Assembly (NCBI GenBank): GCA_964016885.1
Contig: OZ024745.1
Coordinates: 75,454,001-75,518,000 of the forward strand
DNA length: 64,000 nucleotides
Direction: 5' to 3'
Source: Eledone cirrhosa
Lineage: Eukaryota
A program made the translations under genes and the position numbers. This document shows, in pieces, positions 59,713-64,000 of this stretch. Every line of letters starts with the position of its first letter. Position 1 is the first letter of the stretch. Below the pieces are notes generated by a model. That model was not told the origin of the DNA. It made no database searches and was given only the letters and a program-made list of their open reading frames with translations.

Positions 59713-60578
59713 CACCTCAAATACCTCAAGGCCGTGTTAGCATAACACTTATAGGAAGAAAGAAAAGCGTCTTATATATGCATGTACCTACCTACCTACT
59801 TGGTGGCTGCCAACTCGTTTTCGAGTACGGCCACTACTTTATATCCATGTAGGAGAACCCCTACTGATGCGCTGAACGAGTGTGACTTTTTAGTCTAGCC
59901 AGCGACTTGAAAACTCTGGTAAAAACACTACATTTGTGACAATTATTGACACATAGTGCTGGGCCCGTGGTACCATGTGACGACAAGTGCAGAGAGATCT
60001 CCAGATATAAAGCAATGCCTGTGCCGTGAAGCTTTTATAGTGAGCAAAGGCACTGCACAAAGCCAGTCCCACTCTCTTAACCAAGATGATATTTACCAAA
60101 AAGAAGAACAAGTCAACATCATTGGATACCATCAGGGTTGCAGGTGTTATATCAGAGTTTTCCTTCTCCTAGAATTCTGCCTTGACAAAGGCTAAGGGTC
60201 ATCTCTCCCGGTGATTTTGGATTGCCATTCACCCTTAAGAGTTCCTTTGACAGGTTTTGTTTTTAGTCCTGCAGGATGTCCAAAGTCACCCTCCTCACCA
60301 AGAAACCTTGGTGGGGTTGCCAGTTTAGTCGCCAACGACCCGACCATGAGACAGGTTGTACTGGGATACATGTTACCAGTAGCACCAACTGGTGACCTGA
60401 CATACATACATTCATATATATACATACATATTTATATATGTATGTGTGTGTGTGTGTGTGATGTAGGTTTCCTAGTGATGTTCGGGGTTAACCACAGTTA
60501 AATAAGGTACTCAATACGCAGGTAGAGTATAGGGGCAACTTTATTATATATAGTTCTAGTCTTGTAGAAGTCATTTAC

Positions 60579-60609
<31 letters not shown>

Positions 60610-61048
60610 CATACATACATGCATACATGCATACAGGCATACAGGCATACTTACATGCATACATACATGCATACATACATGCATACATACATACATATGT
60701 ATAAATCTGTATCTATATTTATATTTTTATATAGGTATATGTATATTTGTATGCATGTATTTATGTATGTACGTATTTATGTATGTATATATGCATATAT
60801 GTGTGTATATGTGTATGATGTATGTATGTATGTATGTATGTATGTATACATGTATTTAATGGTTTGGCAGTATCAGTAGAGCGTCAGACACCATGTTTTG
60901 CAGCATAGTTATGGCCCTTTGCGTTCTGAGTTCAAATCCGCCGAGGTTAACTTTGCCTTTCATCCTTACGAGGTAGTTAAAATAAAGTACCAGTGGTGCA
61001 CTGGGGTAATGGCTGGCCTTGTGTCAAAAGTAGAAACTCAAATAAAGA

Positions 61049-61115
<67 letters not shown>

Positions 61116-61402
61116 ATATATACTTACATACATGTATACATACATACATACATCATACACATATAAACACATATATGCATATATATATATATATATATGT
61201 TTCTTAATTTGAGTTTCTACTGTTGACACAAGACCAGCGATTACCCCAGTGCACCACTGGTACTTTGTTTTATCGACCTCGTAAGGATGAAAGGCAAAGT
61301 TAACCTCGGCGGATTTGAACTCAGAACGCAAAGGGCCATGGCTTTTTGCTACAATGTTTTCTATACCTTTCATTTACATATATATATATATATATATATA
61401 CA

Positions 61403-61441
<39 letters not shown>

Positions 61442-61561
61442 TTATATATATATTATATATATATATATAAAGGGTGTCCTCAAACCATAATGTTGTACAG
61501 GCAATATCTATTAGAATGCTGTTGAAGTGTATATATATATTTTAGGCATACCCTGTATATA

Positions 61562-61604
<43 letters not shown>

Positions 61605-61792
61605 ACAAAGGAATTATGGTAAGGAACCAGATGGACCATAACGCACCAGAGTACTCAATACTTAGGGTAGTAGAGTGGTAAATAGGAAAAAGTATGACCT
61701 CGACGGCAGAGCTCAAGCCGTTCCAACGGCTATTTCTGTCCAGAAATACCCGTTGAAACGGGTTGAGCTCTGCCGTCGGGGTCATACGTTTT

Positions 61793-61839
<47 letters not shown>

Positions 61840-61962
61840 ACTTGGGGAGGGTCATATTGTTGTAATAATATTGCCAGAATTAATAACAAAACACACTTAC
61901 TGTTCCGACACATATCAAAAACCTCGCAAAACAAATTCATCGCCGTCTTTATATATATATAC

Positions 61963-62056
<94 letters not shown>

Positions 62057-62477
62057 ATGTGTGTGGTGGGGGGGGGGGGGGGGGGGGGGGTATGTACGTA
62101 TATATATATAACAACTCTAGCAATCGTGAGTGACAGATTTTTACGTAGTGTATAAACGACAGGTTTAATCTGTATTGAAAAGCCGGAAAGAAGACAAATA
62201 TTAATAAATCTAATAAAATAAACAATTTTCTTTTGCAATACTATCTCTATATTCCTGGGATTTGTAGGTGAGAACATAATAAAAATAATCTTCGCAGGAT
62301 TTAAAACAGTTAACCGGTATCAAAATATAAGGAAATACAATATTTAATTAGTTTAGAGACGGACTGCGACGAAAGTATGCATATATATATATATCTTGTT
62401 ATATTTGGGGAGGATCGTATTGCTAATAAATACATATATATATATATATATCCATACATATATATATATATGCATAT

Positions 62478-62541
<64 letters not shown>

Positions 62542-62575
62542 ATACATATATATATATGCATATATTCATACATAT

Positions 62576-64000
<1,425 letters not shown>

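Overview
AT-rich, microsatellite-saturated animal genomic DNA. The repeat repertoire suggests a cephalopod such as octopus (inference). There is no confident host gene, and nearly all ORFs in the supplied track are (TA)n/(CA)n/(TACA)n/(TTC)n artefacts. Real coding content is retroelement-derived: a frameshifted Penelope-like element (PLE; RT + GIY-YIG, Neptune-like) at ~6.4-10.1 kb, an apparently intact two-ORF L1/Tx1-clade LINE at 49.2-55.0 kb nested with three truncated relatives in (AGAT)n tracts, and remnants of RTE, R4/Dong-type and CRE-type LINEs. The window also holds many tRNA-derived SINEs, a ~600-bp RTE-like non-autonomous family, Tc1/mariner-like MITEs and a Helitron-like element. 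The most striking unannotated signal is that many 100-500-bp islands between (TA)n tracts carry type I hammerhead ribozyme folds (about 14 apparently unrelated families, most with a palindromic helix III). They are often inserted as fold-back hairpins with both ends in (TA)n, and one family forms a ~467-bp tandem array at the window end. All folds were read by eye, not computed.
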